From assembly GCA_964016885.1 (NCBI GenBank), contig OZ024750.1, positions 32,178,001 to 32,242,000 of the forward strand: a DNA stretch of 64,000 nucleotides, in the 5' to 3' direction. This DNA comes from Eledone cirrhosa (lineage: Eukaryota). Under the pieces are notes generated by a model. It was not told where the DNA came from, did no database searches, and was given only the letters and a program-made list of their open reading frames with translations. Positions 26,846-38,240 of this stretch are shown in pieces. Every line of letters begins with the position of its first letter. Within the stretch, counting starts at the first letter, position 1. The translations under genes were made by a program, and so were the position numbers.

Positions 26846-27051
26846 AACGAGTAGGACCCCGACGGCAGAGCTCAAGCCGTTTCGACGGTTAATTCTGGAC
26901 TAAATCTAATTAGTCCAGAATTAGCCATCGAAACGGCTAGAGCTCAGCCGTCGGGGTCCTACTCGTTCCTATTACCCACTCTACTACCTTAAGTATTGAG
27001 TACTTTGGTGCGTTATGGACCACCTGGTTCCTTACCACATTTCCTTCGTTT
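26637..27051. mobile_element. Two opposite-orientation copies of one tail-bearing palindromic family within one (TA)n tract
   Basis: 26637-26760 is the reverse complement of about 26925-27051; internal palindrome 26841-26972; relatives at 24362-24508 and 41300-41503. Confidence 0.75.
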
Positions 27052-27189
27052 TATATATATATATGTTTCTTCCAGAATACATTTACACACAAACACACAC
27101 ATGCACATATATATATGATATATATATGTGTGCATGTGTGTGTTTGTGTGTAAATGTATTCTGGAAAAAACAAGAGACGAAGAGACCGG

Positions 27190-27228
<39 letters not shown>

Positions 27229-28033
27229 CGATGAATAAATAAATAGATAAATAGATATTTCGGCACGATGCCAATAGAGCTTCAATATTCTGTTTCGTTC
27301 AATGTGCCTCCAACGAACATATTCTATTATCGATTTACTCAGAGATGTCGTTGAGGCTATAGACTATGTAAGCTTCTATTAAAAAGTAGGTTCAGTTAAG
27401 AAAGAATTTACAAAAATAGCTTCGCTACTGGAGAAATTAATCAGAAGTATCTTAAAGTGAGATAATTACATATGTACAGAGACATACAAATAACAGCAAT
27501 AACATCAATATACAGCAATAGATCATTAAAAATATAAAATATACAATATAAAATTGAAAAGAAAAAAATATCACCAATGTTCCAAAATAGATCCTCGCTG
27601 CAAGGTACTTTTCTACATACACACACACACATACACATGTATATATGTGACACAAACACATGCGTACACACACACAGTCACACACACAGACACATTCTCT
27701 CTGACTCTCTCTCACCCCCCCCCCCCCCCATATATATATCTATATATATATATATATATTACTTTATTTATAATATCATCATCATTATCAGGAATTTTCT
27801 ATTGAAAACACTCGCAAAACCTTAAATACGTTGGAAGGATTAGATAAGATAAAACTACATAAAGCAAACTATAAAGACAAAAAAAAAGAAAAAGAGGAGG
27901 ACAGAGAGAAATAAGGCGAGAGAAAGAAGGGCAGGGGATAGAGGAGAAATAGAGCGTTTTGAGGCAAAATTGTTAAGCGGAAAATTTATTAAATGCATTG
28001 AAGCACAAATATCTAGTTCAAATCTACAAATTG

Positions 28034-28085
<52 letters not shown>

Positions 28086-28089
28086 TTAA

Positions 28090-28186
28090 TCTTTATATAT
28101 ATATATATATATTCGAAAAATATATATATTTATATATATATAATATATATATATCTATATATATATATTCGAAAAATTTATATATT

Positions 28187-28242
<56 letters not shown>

Positions 28243-28308
28243 GAAAAATATATATATTTATATATATATATAATATATATATATATATATTCGAAAAATA
28301 TATATATT
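28090..28308. repeat. (TA)n-based minisatellite with TTCGAAAAA unit; continues beyond the PLE at about 34175-34270
   Basis: TATATATTCGAAAAATATATATATTT occurs four times on the left and again, same orientation, on the right of the PLE. Confidence 0.8.
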
Positions 28309-28474
28309 TATTGTTATACTTTGGGAGGGTCATGTTGCCAATAAGAAACACACGCACCAGTTGCTTTCACTTCAATTTAATTTAATATATATTTATAAAT
28401 TTACAAATTTATAAATTTATAAATTTCTGGTTGGTTGGTTGGTTCCACAACCAGATAGTTGTTTATATATATAT

Positions 28475-28519
28475 AGTCATAGTTCTTTCGTCACACACTC
28501 TGTGACCTCTTCAGTGACT
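28475..28519 (-). ncRNA. Minimal type I hammerhead ribozyme motif (mirror of 33912-33956)
   Basis: Reverse complement of the pLTR HHR. Confidence 0.75.
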
Positions 28520-28823
28520 GGGGATTTCTTTCTTCGTTTCTGTGCCTTTCCTTTCTTCTATCCTACGCCATTTTGTTTGTGTGTGGGTTGCGTGCTCAGT
28601 TTGCGCATGCGCCACATCCGGGTGTCTGTGTGTGTTTGTGTTCATTTTTCTATTTTTCTATTTTTATATTTATATTTGTTTGTTTATTTATTTATTTATT
28701 GTTGGTTGGTTGTTTGTTCTATGTGTGTGTGTGTTTTCATTTTGTCTTGTGTGTGTTTTCATTTTGTGTGTGTTTTCAATTGTAAGTTGTTTATATATGT
28801 GTGTGTGTGTTTTCATTTTGTCC

Positions 28824-30035
28824 TTAATTGTAAGTTGTGATGTTGCTGTTCCACTCATATTTTCTATTTAATTTTGGTTTTAATTCTTTTATGCTTACTG
28901 CCTCTGTAATTTGCCTAAACATTGCGTCTTTCTTGTGTGTGGATTCTATTTTTATTTCTATGCTCTCTAATTTACCCCTGTGTTCTATCTTAGCATGTTG
29001 GTAGAGCACAGATGATTCTTTACTATCTTGGAGGTCTCGCCAGTGTTCATTTATTCGTTCCCCTATACTACGAGCTGTCTCACCTATGTACACTATATTT
29101 TTGTTTCTACATTGTCCCTCAGTACATCTTATGCTATATACTACATTTCTAGTTTTACAGTTAATATGGGGGCTTATTTTACAGGTTATACATTTCTTAT
29201 CTATACATGAGGGTCTTTGGAACGGGTATGTCTTGCTAATAAGTGTTTTTACGGAGGTACCAGGTCTTTCTACTATCTTAATATTGAGATTATGTTTCTT
29301 TAGGGCCCTTCTAAATTTGTAGGCTAGTTCACCTCTAGGGGTTGTATTGATGAACATTACACTCTGGTATTTATTGCTATCATACCATGAGTTTATTCTA
29401 TTGGCCTTGTTCTTAGTTCTTTCTATTCTATTCCAAAATTTGCTCCTATACAAGGGGCAGGTCCCATTTATGTCATTATTTACCATTTTTTCCCATTTGG
29501 TTCTGGCTCCTTTATACACTCTGATTCTATCTCTCTGATTGTAGCCAGAGAACTGCATACGGTGGATGAAGTGTTGTATGTGTCTCTCTAGTTCTTCGGG
29601 GTTGCACATGCGGGACACATTTCTCATCACCCGTATCAAATCCGCAATCAGTATGTTGATTTTGGTATGGTCCGAAATGGCCGAGTTTCGGTGGATCAGA
29701 TGTTTGGAAGTCATGGGTTTGGCATAATGGGAATGGAGGATTTGTTTTTGGTTGTTAATAGTATCTAACCAGAGCTCTGTGTCTAGTACAGGTAATCGAT
29801 GGTTGGGGTGTCTACTTGGGTAGTCTATAGTAACTCTAATGCTCTGGTGGATGGAGTTTGCTATTTGCTGGATGCTTTCCATTGTGTTTTTCTCAGGTTC
29901 CTGACTGTTCTTTAGTGGGGGTGTCTTAACTACGATGTTTATATCATCTACGTAGCGGGAGTACATTATCAGGGTTAATCTGTCTTCTAATTGTTCTTTA
30001 AGTTTTTGTTTAAGTCTACTGTCCCACCATACCAT
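28824..30035 (-). pseudogene. Inverted duplicate of the C-terminal 403 aa of the PLE ORF (RT YVDD to GIY-YIG)
   Basis: Translation identical to the end of ORF 30344..33607. Confidence 0.9.
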
Positions 30036-30343
30036 TACAACTCACCAAAAAACAAGCAGATAGGCTAAAACGAACTTTAATTCTAAACATAAAAAAGAAG
30101 ATCTATAGAGAATTAAGTCATCAAGAAAAACTAAAGCGTAACCTAATAGATGAAATATCTAAAATCACCACACCAGCAGAAAAACTAACATTTATAAGCC
30201 TTATACGCCCCGAAGAACAGTACATTACTCAAGAATGTAATAAGCACTTTAACAGAAAATTAAAGTGGCTTAAACAGGCAAAGCTAAATCGGGATACTAT
30301 AGAGTATACCAATAGATATCCCGACAAAATTGACGGTATCAAC

Positions 30344-33300
30344 ATGGCCGACACCTCATTATCTGAAGAGTTCAACAATAAAAATACCAACATTTATGGA
30401 AACACGAAAATAGATAATAATGAAATGTCTGTGTTACGTTTGCCACCCAAATTTGCGACATTCAAGAAGGTAAATATGATTAGTTGTCTGTCAGAAATAG
30501 AAAAATCATTTACGAAACTACGCTGGAGCATCAAAAACAAAAACAAAAGCAACAATATACGCACACACATATACAACACACATCCCAACAACAACAGACA
30601 CACAGACACAAACAATAACAACAACAACAATAGCAACATACCCAGATACAATACCAACAATAGCAACATACCCAGATACAACAGACACGCAGACACAAAC
30701 AACAATAACAACACACACGGAGACAACAATAACAACAACACACACATCAACAACAACAACAACAGCAACATACCCAGATACAACAACAACAGACACGCAA
30801 ACACAAACAACAATAACAACACACACAACAACGATAACACACACACACACGGAGACAACAACACACATCAACAACAACACACATCAACAACAACAACACA
30901 CACACATTCAATGCCTCTCACCACCACTACAATCTTAACAAACACACAGACACAGAAAACAAGTAATGACAGTAGCACAGAAATCAGAGAAATAAGAGAA
31001 AGTAATAGGATTAAAAGGAGTAGGGAGACTAAGGACAAAGAGAATAACCAAGACGAACACACAGACACACAAAATAGGGTAGATAACAACATTGAGCCAG
31101 TGGAAAGAGACAGGAGTAATTATGAGAGACATAGAAACAACCATGAAGCTGAGGCTGCTGCTGTTGGTGGAAATAGAAACAACACAACTAACAATAGCGC
31201 AAGTACACATAAAGCAGCAGCCTGGAACTCTCCGTTTTATAACCACTCCGATAAATCATTCGACCTACGACGAGTCCACGCCACGACTTTGCCATTTAAC
31301 AAACGCACGCAGTTGCCGTCGCAGGTCGATGAACAAACAGAAGCACAATTTAGTATAGCTAAATCCGAACTTAGAAATATTATAGAACAGTATAGCAAGA
31401 AGCATAATAGAATAGAGGCCCAGCAACTGGGAGAAGAATCTGCAAATGGCTTGCGTAAGCTCATGCAGCGCTCGCGTAATGGAGAGATAGCATGCTTTCC
31501 AACAGACAAGTCTGGCAGAATGTCGGTTGACAGCCTGCCAAACTACATCCAGGCAATGCAACCCCACATCACTAACACAAGAGAGGTAACACCACAGGAG
31601 CATGAGGACAGAGAAAAAACCCTCAATGCCCATATGGTGATGTGGACAAATATAATGCAGCCCAACAAAAGGACTGCCAACAACTTCCAGGCCTGGAACA
31701 ATGACGTGCCGGCGTTGTATGGGCTTCGAAAAGACCATAAAACGGGCTGGGACCCTGTCGCGGGACCACCAACACGGCCAGTCTGTGGGGCTAACATTGC
31801 TAGTAACTACAGACTGTCCTACTTCCTCTCCCTGATCATACGCCCCATCATTGAGATGTCCCCAGATGTGTGTGACAGCACGGAGGACCTCCTCAGCAGA
31901 ATCGACGCGGGTAACCGATCTGGGGACCTAACAAACTGCATAATAGGCAGTATGGATGTTGTGTCCCTGTATCCATCTATTGACGTGGATTTTGCTGAGG
32001 AGAAATGCGTCGAAATGATCAGCGAGAGCAAGGTTGAGTTCCGTGGGATTGATACCAGTGAGCTGGGACTTCTACTTAAGCTTACCCATAGTAATAGTTA
32101 CCTAGACACTTATGACCTTAGCAACCTGTGCCCTACAAGACCAGCAAGAGGCAGACCACCTACCATTACCTCAATGGCCAAGAAAACCCACACAGATAGA
32201 TGGAACGGGTGGACCAGAGCCATACGGACACCCGAAAACCACGATGAACTGAAGAAAATGATTGCACATGCGGTAGGGGCCAGCATAAAATTAACCCTTA
32301 AGGAACATATGTTCAAATTTAATGGTAAAACATATGCCCAAGAGGAAGGAGCAGCCATTGGTGTTAGCATTGCAGGCGACATAGCTAACTTGTTCATGGT
32401 ATGGTGGGACAGTAGACTTAAACAAAAACTTAAAGAACAATTAGAAGACAGATTAACCCTGATAATGTACTCCCGCTACGTAGATGATATAAACATCGTA
32501 GTTAAGACACCCCCACTAAAGAACAGTCAGGAACCTGAGAAAAACACAATGGAAAGCATCCAGCAAATAGCAAACTCCATCCACCAGAGCATTAGAGTTA
32601 CTATAGACTACCCAAGTAGACACCCCAACCATCGATTACCTGTACTAGACACAGAGCTCTGGTTAGATACTATTAACAACCAAAAACAAATCCTCCATTC
32701 CCATTATGCCAAACCCATGACTTCCAAACATCTGATCCACCGAAACTCGGCCATTTCGGACCATACCAAAATCAACATACTGATTGCGGATTTGATACGG
32801 GTGATGAGAAATGTGTCCCGCATGTGCAACCCCGAAGAACTAGAGAGACACATACAACACTTCATCCACCGTATGCAGTTCTCTGGCTACAATCAGAGAG
32901 ATAGAATCAGAGTGTATAAAGGAGCCAGAACCAAATGGGAAAAAATGGTAAATAATGACATAAATGGGACCTGCCCCTTGTATAGGAGCAAATTTTGGAA
33001 TAGAATAGAAAGAACTAAGAACAAGGCCAATAGAATAAACTCATGGTATGATAGCAATAAATACCAGAGTGTAATGTTCATCAATACAACCCCTAGAGGT
33101 GAACTAGCCTACAAATTTAGAAGGGCCCTAAAGAAACATAATCTCAATATTAAGATAGTAGAAAGACCTGGTACCTCCGTAAAAACACTTATTAGCAAGA
33201 CATACCCGTTCCAAAGACCCTCATGTATAGATAAGAAATGTATAACCTGTAAAATAAGCCCCCATATTAACTGTAAAACTAGAAATGTAGTATATAGCAT

Positions 33301-33607
33301 AAGATGTACTGAGGGACAATGTAGAAACAAAAATATAGTGTACATAGGTGAGACAGCTCGTAGTATAGGGGAACGAATAAATGAACACTGGCGAGACCTC
33401 CAAGATAGTAAAGAATCATCTGTGCTCTACCAACATGCTAAGATAGAACACAGGGGTAAATTAGAGAGCATAGAAATAAAAATAGAATCCACACACAAGA
33501 AAGACGCAATGTTTAGGCAAATTACAGAGGCAGTAAGCATAAAAGAATTAAAACCAAAATTAAATAGAAAATATGAGTGGAACAGCAACATCACAACTTA
33601 CAATTAA
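30344..33607 (+). CDS. PLE polyprotein: reverse transcriptase + Cys linker + GIY-YIG endonuclease (frame open back to the inversion junction at about 30035; true start lost)
   Basis: Motifs PTDKSG, LYGLRKDHK, PTRPVC, SMDVVSLYPSI, QEEGAAIG, RYVDD, LPVLD; linker CIDKKCITC; VVYSIRC..C..YIGETARSIGERINEH..H..RQITEAVSI..PKLN. Confidence 0.95.
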   Translation: MADTSLSEEFNNKNTNIYGNTKIDNNEMSVLRLPPKFATFKKVNMISCLSEIEKSFTKLRWSIKNKNKSNNIRTHIYNTHPNNNRHTDTNNNNNNNSNIPRYNTNNSNIPRYNRHADTNNNNNTHGDNNNNNTHINNNNNSNIPRYNNNRHANTNNNNNTHNNDNTHTHGDNNTHQQQHTSTTTTHTHSMPLTTTTILTNTQTQKTSNDSSTEIREIRESNRIKRSRETKDKENNQDEHTDTQNRVDNNIEPVERDRSNYERHRNNHEAEAAAVGGNRNNTTNNSASTHKAAAWNSPFYNHSDKSFDLRRVHATTLPFNKRTQLPSQVDEQTEAQFSIAKSELRNIIEQYSKKHNRIEAQQLGEESANGLRKLMQRSRNGEIACFPTDKSGRMSVDSLPNYIQAMQPHITNTREVTPQEHEDREKTLNAHMVMWTNIMQPNKRTANNFQAWNNDVPALYGLRKDHKTGWDPVAGPPTRPVCGANIASNYRLSYFLSLIIRPIIEMSPDVCDSTEDLLSRIDAGNRSGDLTNCIIGSMDVVSLYPSIDVDFAEEKCVEMISESKVEFRGIDTSELGLLLKLTHSNSYLDTYDLSNLCPTRPARGRPPTITSMAKKTHTDRWNGWTRAIRTPENHDELKKMIAHAVGASIKLTLKEHMFKFNGKTYAQEEGAAIGVSIAGDIANLFMVWWDSRLKQKLKEQLEDRLTLIMYSRYVDDINIVVKTPPLKNSQEPEKNTMESIQQIANSIHQSIRVTIDYPSRHPNHRLPVLDTELWLDTINNQKQILHSHYAKPMTSKHLIHRNSAISDHTKINILIADLIRVMRNVSRMCNPEELERHIQHFIHRMQFSGYNQRDRIRVYKGARTKWEKMVNNDINGTCPLYRSKFWNRIERTKNKANRINSWYDSNKYQSVMFINTTPRGELAYKFRRALKKHNLNIKIVERPGTSVKTLISKTYPFQRPSCIDKKCITCKISPHINCKTRNVVYSIRCTEGQCRNKNIVYIGETARSIGERINEHWRDLQDSKESSVLYQHAKIEHRGKLESIEIKIESTHKKDAMFRQITEAVSIKELKPKLNRKYEWNSNITTYN

Positions 33608-33911
33608 GGACAAAATGAAAACACACACACACATATATAAACAACTTACAATTGAAAACACACACAAAATGAAAACACACACAAGACAAAATGAAAACAC
33701 ACACACACATAGAACAAACAACCAACCAACAATAAATAAATAAATAAACAAACAAATATAAATATAAAAATAGAAAAATAGAAAAATGAACACAAACACA
33801 CACAGACACCCGGATGTGGCGCATGCGCAAACTGAGCACGCAACCCACACACAAACAAAATGGCGTAGGATAGAAGAAAGGAAAGGCACAGAAACGAAGA
33901 AAGAAATCCCC

Positions 33912-33956
33912 AGTCACTGAAGAGGTCACAGAGTGTGTGACGAAAGAACTATGACT
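33912..33956 (+). ncRNA. Minimal type I hammerhead ribozyme motif in the PLE pseudo-LTR
   Basis: AGTCA-CTGAAGA-G-GTCACA-GAGTG-TGTGAC-GAAA-G-AA-C-TA-TGACT: 5-bp stem I, 6-bp stem II, vestigial stem III. Confidence 0.75.
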
Positions 33957-34221
33957 ATATATATATAAACAACTATCTGGTTGTGGAACCAACCAACCAA
34001 CCAGAAATTTATAAATTTATAAATTTGTAAATTTATAAATATATATTAAATTAAATTGAAGTGAAAGCAACTGGTGCGTGTGTTTCTTATTGGCAACATG
34101 ACCCTCCCAAAGTATAACAATATCGGTTTCAACACACGATTTCAGATAAAGAATCTTGCTAAACAAATTCAGAAACGAAATATATATATTTATATATATA
34201 TATATATTCGAAAAATATACA

Positions 34222-34259
<38 letters not shown>

Positions 34260-34269
34260 AACATATTCT

Positions 34270-34335
<66 letters not shown>

Positions 34336-34571
34336 CGAACGTAATGTTGAGTGCCCTGAAAATATTTTATTCGTATCATGTCATTTCAAGGTTCGGAAGA
34401 TTTCAAATTTAGAAATTTAATTGAACTTCAGTTATATATAAATACATACAGACACATCCATACCCATACATAAATACACATAGACGCATACATACATAAA
34501 TAGATACATACCTCGCACATCCACATCCACACTTCTTAGTGGAAAACAAGTAAATTAATTATCCTTACGAG

Positions 34572-34620
<49 letters not shown>

Positions 34621-34622
<2 letters not shown>

Positions 34623-34935
34623 CAGAGCTTAATAAACACAGTGCTGAGTATAAGCGTCACAGAGCCTAGTCACTCGAACAATCAGAATGCATTGCATTCT
34701 GATTGTTCGAGTGATTAGGCTTATACTCACCAATGTGTTTATTAAGCTCTGATGATTCCTTCCAAAAGGTATGGATGAAACATTGTAAGCAAATAAAAAC
34801 TGTTTGAGTATGTAAGCGTTCTTTGTTTCTTTTAAATATAACGGCTCTGTTCTTGTACATTGAGATAACACAATACTGTCATAACACAACACGGTACATG
34901 TGTGTTTATAGACATATGCTCCGTGCTATACTTAA
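34621..34935 (+). mobile_element. PLE-type unit: palindrome 34621-34753, HHR motif 34746-34790, tail, then TA tract
   Basis: GCT-CTGATGA-TTCC..GGAT-GAAA-CATTG-TA-AGC; inverted arms centred near 34691. Confidence 0.65.
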
Positions 34936-36257
34936 ATAAATATATATATATATATTCTCACCTGTTTTCAAAGTCCAGCAGTTGCAAGAGTGGGAGGTAT
35001 TCTGCCGATGTGAACCAGTTCAGTTCGAAATGCGCATCCACGATTGTTCCCTTTGCTTCTGCTGGACACCTCGCGTGGATCCTTCCTCAGACGGACCGCT
35101 GATGTTACGAACTTGCAGAGGTATTTGGTATCTTTTGCACTTCGTTTTGCCTTTGGCATTGAAATTATTTTACATAGTATACGTGCAATACCTAGCAGTG
35201 TTATTCTCTATGTTGCGCACTGTCTTATAGTTATGTATTTCTTCGTCTTTTACATTTTTATTCCTGACCAGGGCGCAGAATAAAATTGTTTGACGTTTTA
35301 TTTCAACTCTTTACTTTTAGTTCAAATCCTGCCGGTGTCAACATTGTTTTTCATTCTATCGGTGGTGATAAATGAAAGCTCATTTCAAGGCCTTGGGATT
35401 GGCTGACCTGTCAAAGCGTTGGATGTAGCTGTAACGGGTTTTGGCGTCGTCTTGTAGGCTACCCTACCAATTTCATTTTGGGTGTTTTAAAGAAGCCCAG
35501 TCTGGTTCAAAATTTCGAGATAGGAGTAGGATGAAATATGCGTCCCACCGTCTCCCTCAGTCTAGGATACAGGAAATGTGTCATGGCTAATAAAATGTCC
35601 TACCTGATTAAGTAGTAAAGACGCCTCTCTTAAGCTAGAGACAGTTTCTGTTTTCAGTCACTACATTCTAAATACCATAATGTCATGTGTTCGATTTCTG
35701 AACTGTGTTGTGTGTTGTGTTTTTCACCGAAGCACTTCATTTCATGTTGCTCCAGCACACCCACTTGAAAACAAGTACCATCAAAAGCTATGGGTTCAAG
35801 CCTGAGAAGGACTAGCGTCTTGTCCAGGAGCGGGTCTTGTACTCTCAGTCGCTTCCTATAATTAAATCGGGATAAGTCCCGGCCTGATGAACCTGCTGGT
35901 TTGAGACAGACTTTAGACATTCTAAATAGCTTTGTATCGAAATATTTTTTATTTCAATTGTTTGTTGGAGCTGATACTTCAATTATGAAATATATTTCTC
36001 CCGCTCATCTTTAAACACAATACCCAGAAACAATATACTTACTTGTTTAATTCTTCTTCCCAATCTCTCCATATATTGCAATTATTTAACGTATTCTACG
36101 TCATTACACTATTTTGACAATTTCTCATAGAAAGACTTCGATCTTCGATCATGTACGCCACAACCAATATTGTAGATTTTCTGTCGCTATTCTGTCCAGT
36201 CTTTGTTCTAGTATTGTTCATATATCTGTTATATTTTTCAGATTCACTTGCTATTCT

Positions 36258-36483
36258 GCTTTGCCTTTCATCCTTCCGGGGTCGATAAAATAAAGTACCA
36301 GTCACATAAAAAGGTCAAGGTAGTGACATTTCCCCTCCCCACAAATTGTCGGCCTTGTGCCTAAATCAGAAACCATTATTGCCGAGGTTGACTTTGCCTT
36401 TCATCCTTACGGGGTCGATAAAATAAAGTACCAGTAATGCACTAGGTAATTGCTGGCCTTGTGCCTAAAGTAGAAACAATTAT
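36258..36483 (+). mobile_element. Two partial SINE family A bodies
   Basis: GCCTTTCATCC..GGGGTCGATAAAATAAAGTACCAG occurs twice. Confidence 0.8.
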
Positions 36484-36925
36484 TATTAATTCGCTTGACT
36501 TATCACAATTTTGTCGGTGTCGTTGTTTCTCATTTCTTTCCATTCCTATATATAGTTACATCCTATTAAACTCCTTCAAGGCGCAAATCATTTTTTGTTA
36601 GTGTTTCGTAGCTATTTGTATGACTTTTCCATTATTCTTTAGCACGTATTTAGTTTTGCAATGGACATTTTCTAATAACTTTCTCTGTTGGCTCAGGCTG
36701 TGAGATTAATTTCTCTTTTATTTTTATCCTGTTCTTGATAGAATCGTTTTGGTTTGCAGTCGAAATGTTCGGATTGATAAGAAAATCCATGATGATTTTC
36801 GTACCAAGGAATTTGTTTCGATTTATCCAAGATAATTTATTTTAAACATTTGTTTATAATTTAGGTAACTTTTTTGTAGAATTTGTCGCTCCATTTTCTC
36901 AGTTTTGTCGTTGCGTTATTTATCT

Positions 36926-38240
36926 AGGGAGGCAATAAATTGGCAGAATCGTTAGAACGTCGGATAGAATTCTTTGTTATTCATTCCGGTTCTCTGTTCT
37001 CTGAGATCGAATCCCGCCGAGGTCAACTTTGCCTTTCCTCATTTCAAAACCGATAAAAAAAAGTACCAGTCTAGTACTGGGTCCATTCTTCTGCTATATC
37101 TGTTCTATACCTTTCTCCCTCTTAGATTCAATACTTCTCTGAAACACATATTCTGTATTCAGACCTAGAGAGTGATTAGCTCCACCAGATTTTAAAATGT
37201 CCTAGAAACACTGTATGCCACTACGGCCTCCCCACTACTCCATCAGAAGTAACGCGACCATGCATGCATAGATCTAGTGATCAAAATATCATTTCTCTTA
37301 ATGTCTGTTTTTCTGTATATTTGTTTTACTTTGCAGTTTATTTCAGTTATGACATTCTTATTTGAATAGATCTAAAAACTTCCCCCATTGTCATGCAACT
37401 ACAGTATCTGTTGCACATTATTTCACTTCAAATAGGGCGGTGGATTGGCAGCATCGGTAGAGGGTCGGACGCCATGCTTTGACGCATAGAGTTACGGCCG
37501 TTGCCATTCTGAGTTCAAATCCCGCCGAGGTTAACTTTGCCTTTCATCCTTACGAGGTCGATAAAATAAAGTACCAGTAATGTACTGAGTAATTGCTGGC
37601 CTTGTGCCAAAAGTAGAAACAATTATTTCACTTAATATTCTGATATTGATATTTCTTTCTGTAATCATAAGCTTAATATTTTCTTTGTTGGTGTTATCAT
37701 TTCATTTTGGCAGTATTAGTAGAGCGTCAGACACCATGCTTTGCTACATAGCATTATGGCCATTTACGTTCTGAGTTGAAATCCCTCGAGATTAACTTTG
37801 CCTTTCAACCTTACGAGGGTCGATAATATATAGCTCCAGTAATGTACTGCTGGCCTTGTGCCAAACGTAGAAATAATTATTAGGTTTTATCAATGGGAGT
37901 TTCTATCGTTGTTCCGTGTGAAGAAAGTACTTCTTGTTATAACCTGTTCATTTGAATTCTTTAATTATTTCCACCATAAGATTGTCATTTTTGAAATTAA
38001 ATCTTCCTAACAGCGGTAGATTGGCAGAATCGGTAGAGCGTTGTACAACATATTTTGATGCATAGAGTTACATTCCTTTACGTTCTGAGTTCAAATTCCT
38101 TCGAAGTTAGATCTGACTTTCATCTTTATGGGGGTCTTCAGAACAAAATACCAAGAACGCACTGGGGTCGATTTATCGATTTAATCGACTTCTCACTTCC
38201 TCCCAAAATGTTGACTTTGTGCTTTAATCAGAAACCATAA
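36926..38240 (+). mobile_element. Four SINE family A copies (36926-37085, 37435-37627, 37708-37880, 38011-38240)
   Basis: Family head/body matches of different ages; TSD ATTATTTCACTT around 37435-37627. Confidence 0.8.

Larger units (their letters stand above)
28309..34169 (+). mobile_element. Penelope-like retroelement (Naiad-like), 5'-truncated, with 1727-bp inverted copy of its 3' end, pseudo-LTR HHR and 3' tail
   Basis: 28309-30035 is the reverse complement of 32396-34122; RT + GIY-YIG ORF; HHR in both arms; tail 34123-34169 only on the direct copy; TA-satellite flanks. Confidence 0.93.

Noticed and set aside
28824-30035. 403-aa minus-strand ORF as an independent gene
   Set aside because: It is the mirror of the PLE 3' end; its ATG is an internal Met that falls at the inversion junction.
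31237-33403. Antisense ORFs over the PLE (and over LINE ORF2)
   Set aside because: Shadow frames of real coding sequence with no independent features.
30344-34122. Selenocysteine recoding, as reported for some Naiad elements
   Set aside because: The ORF has no in-frame TGA and I could not recognise a SECIS.
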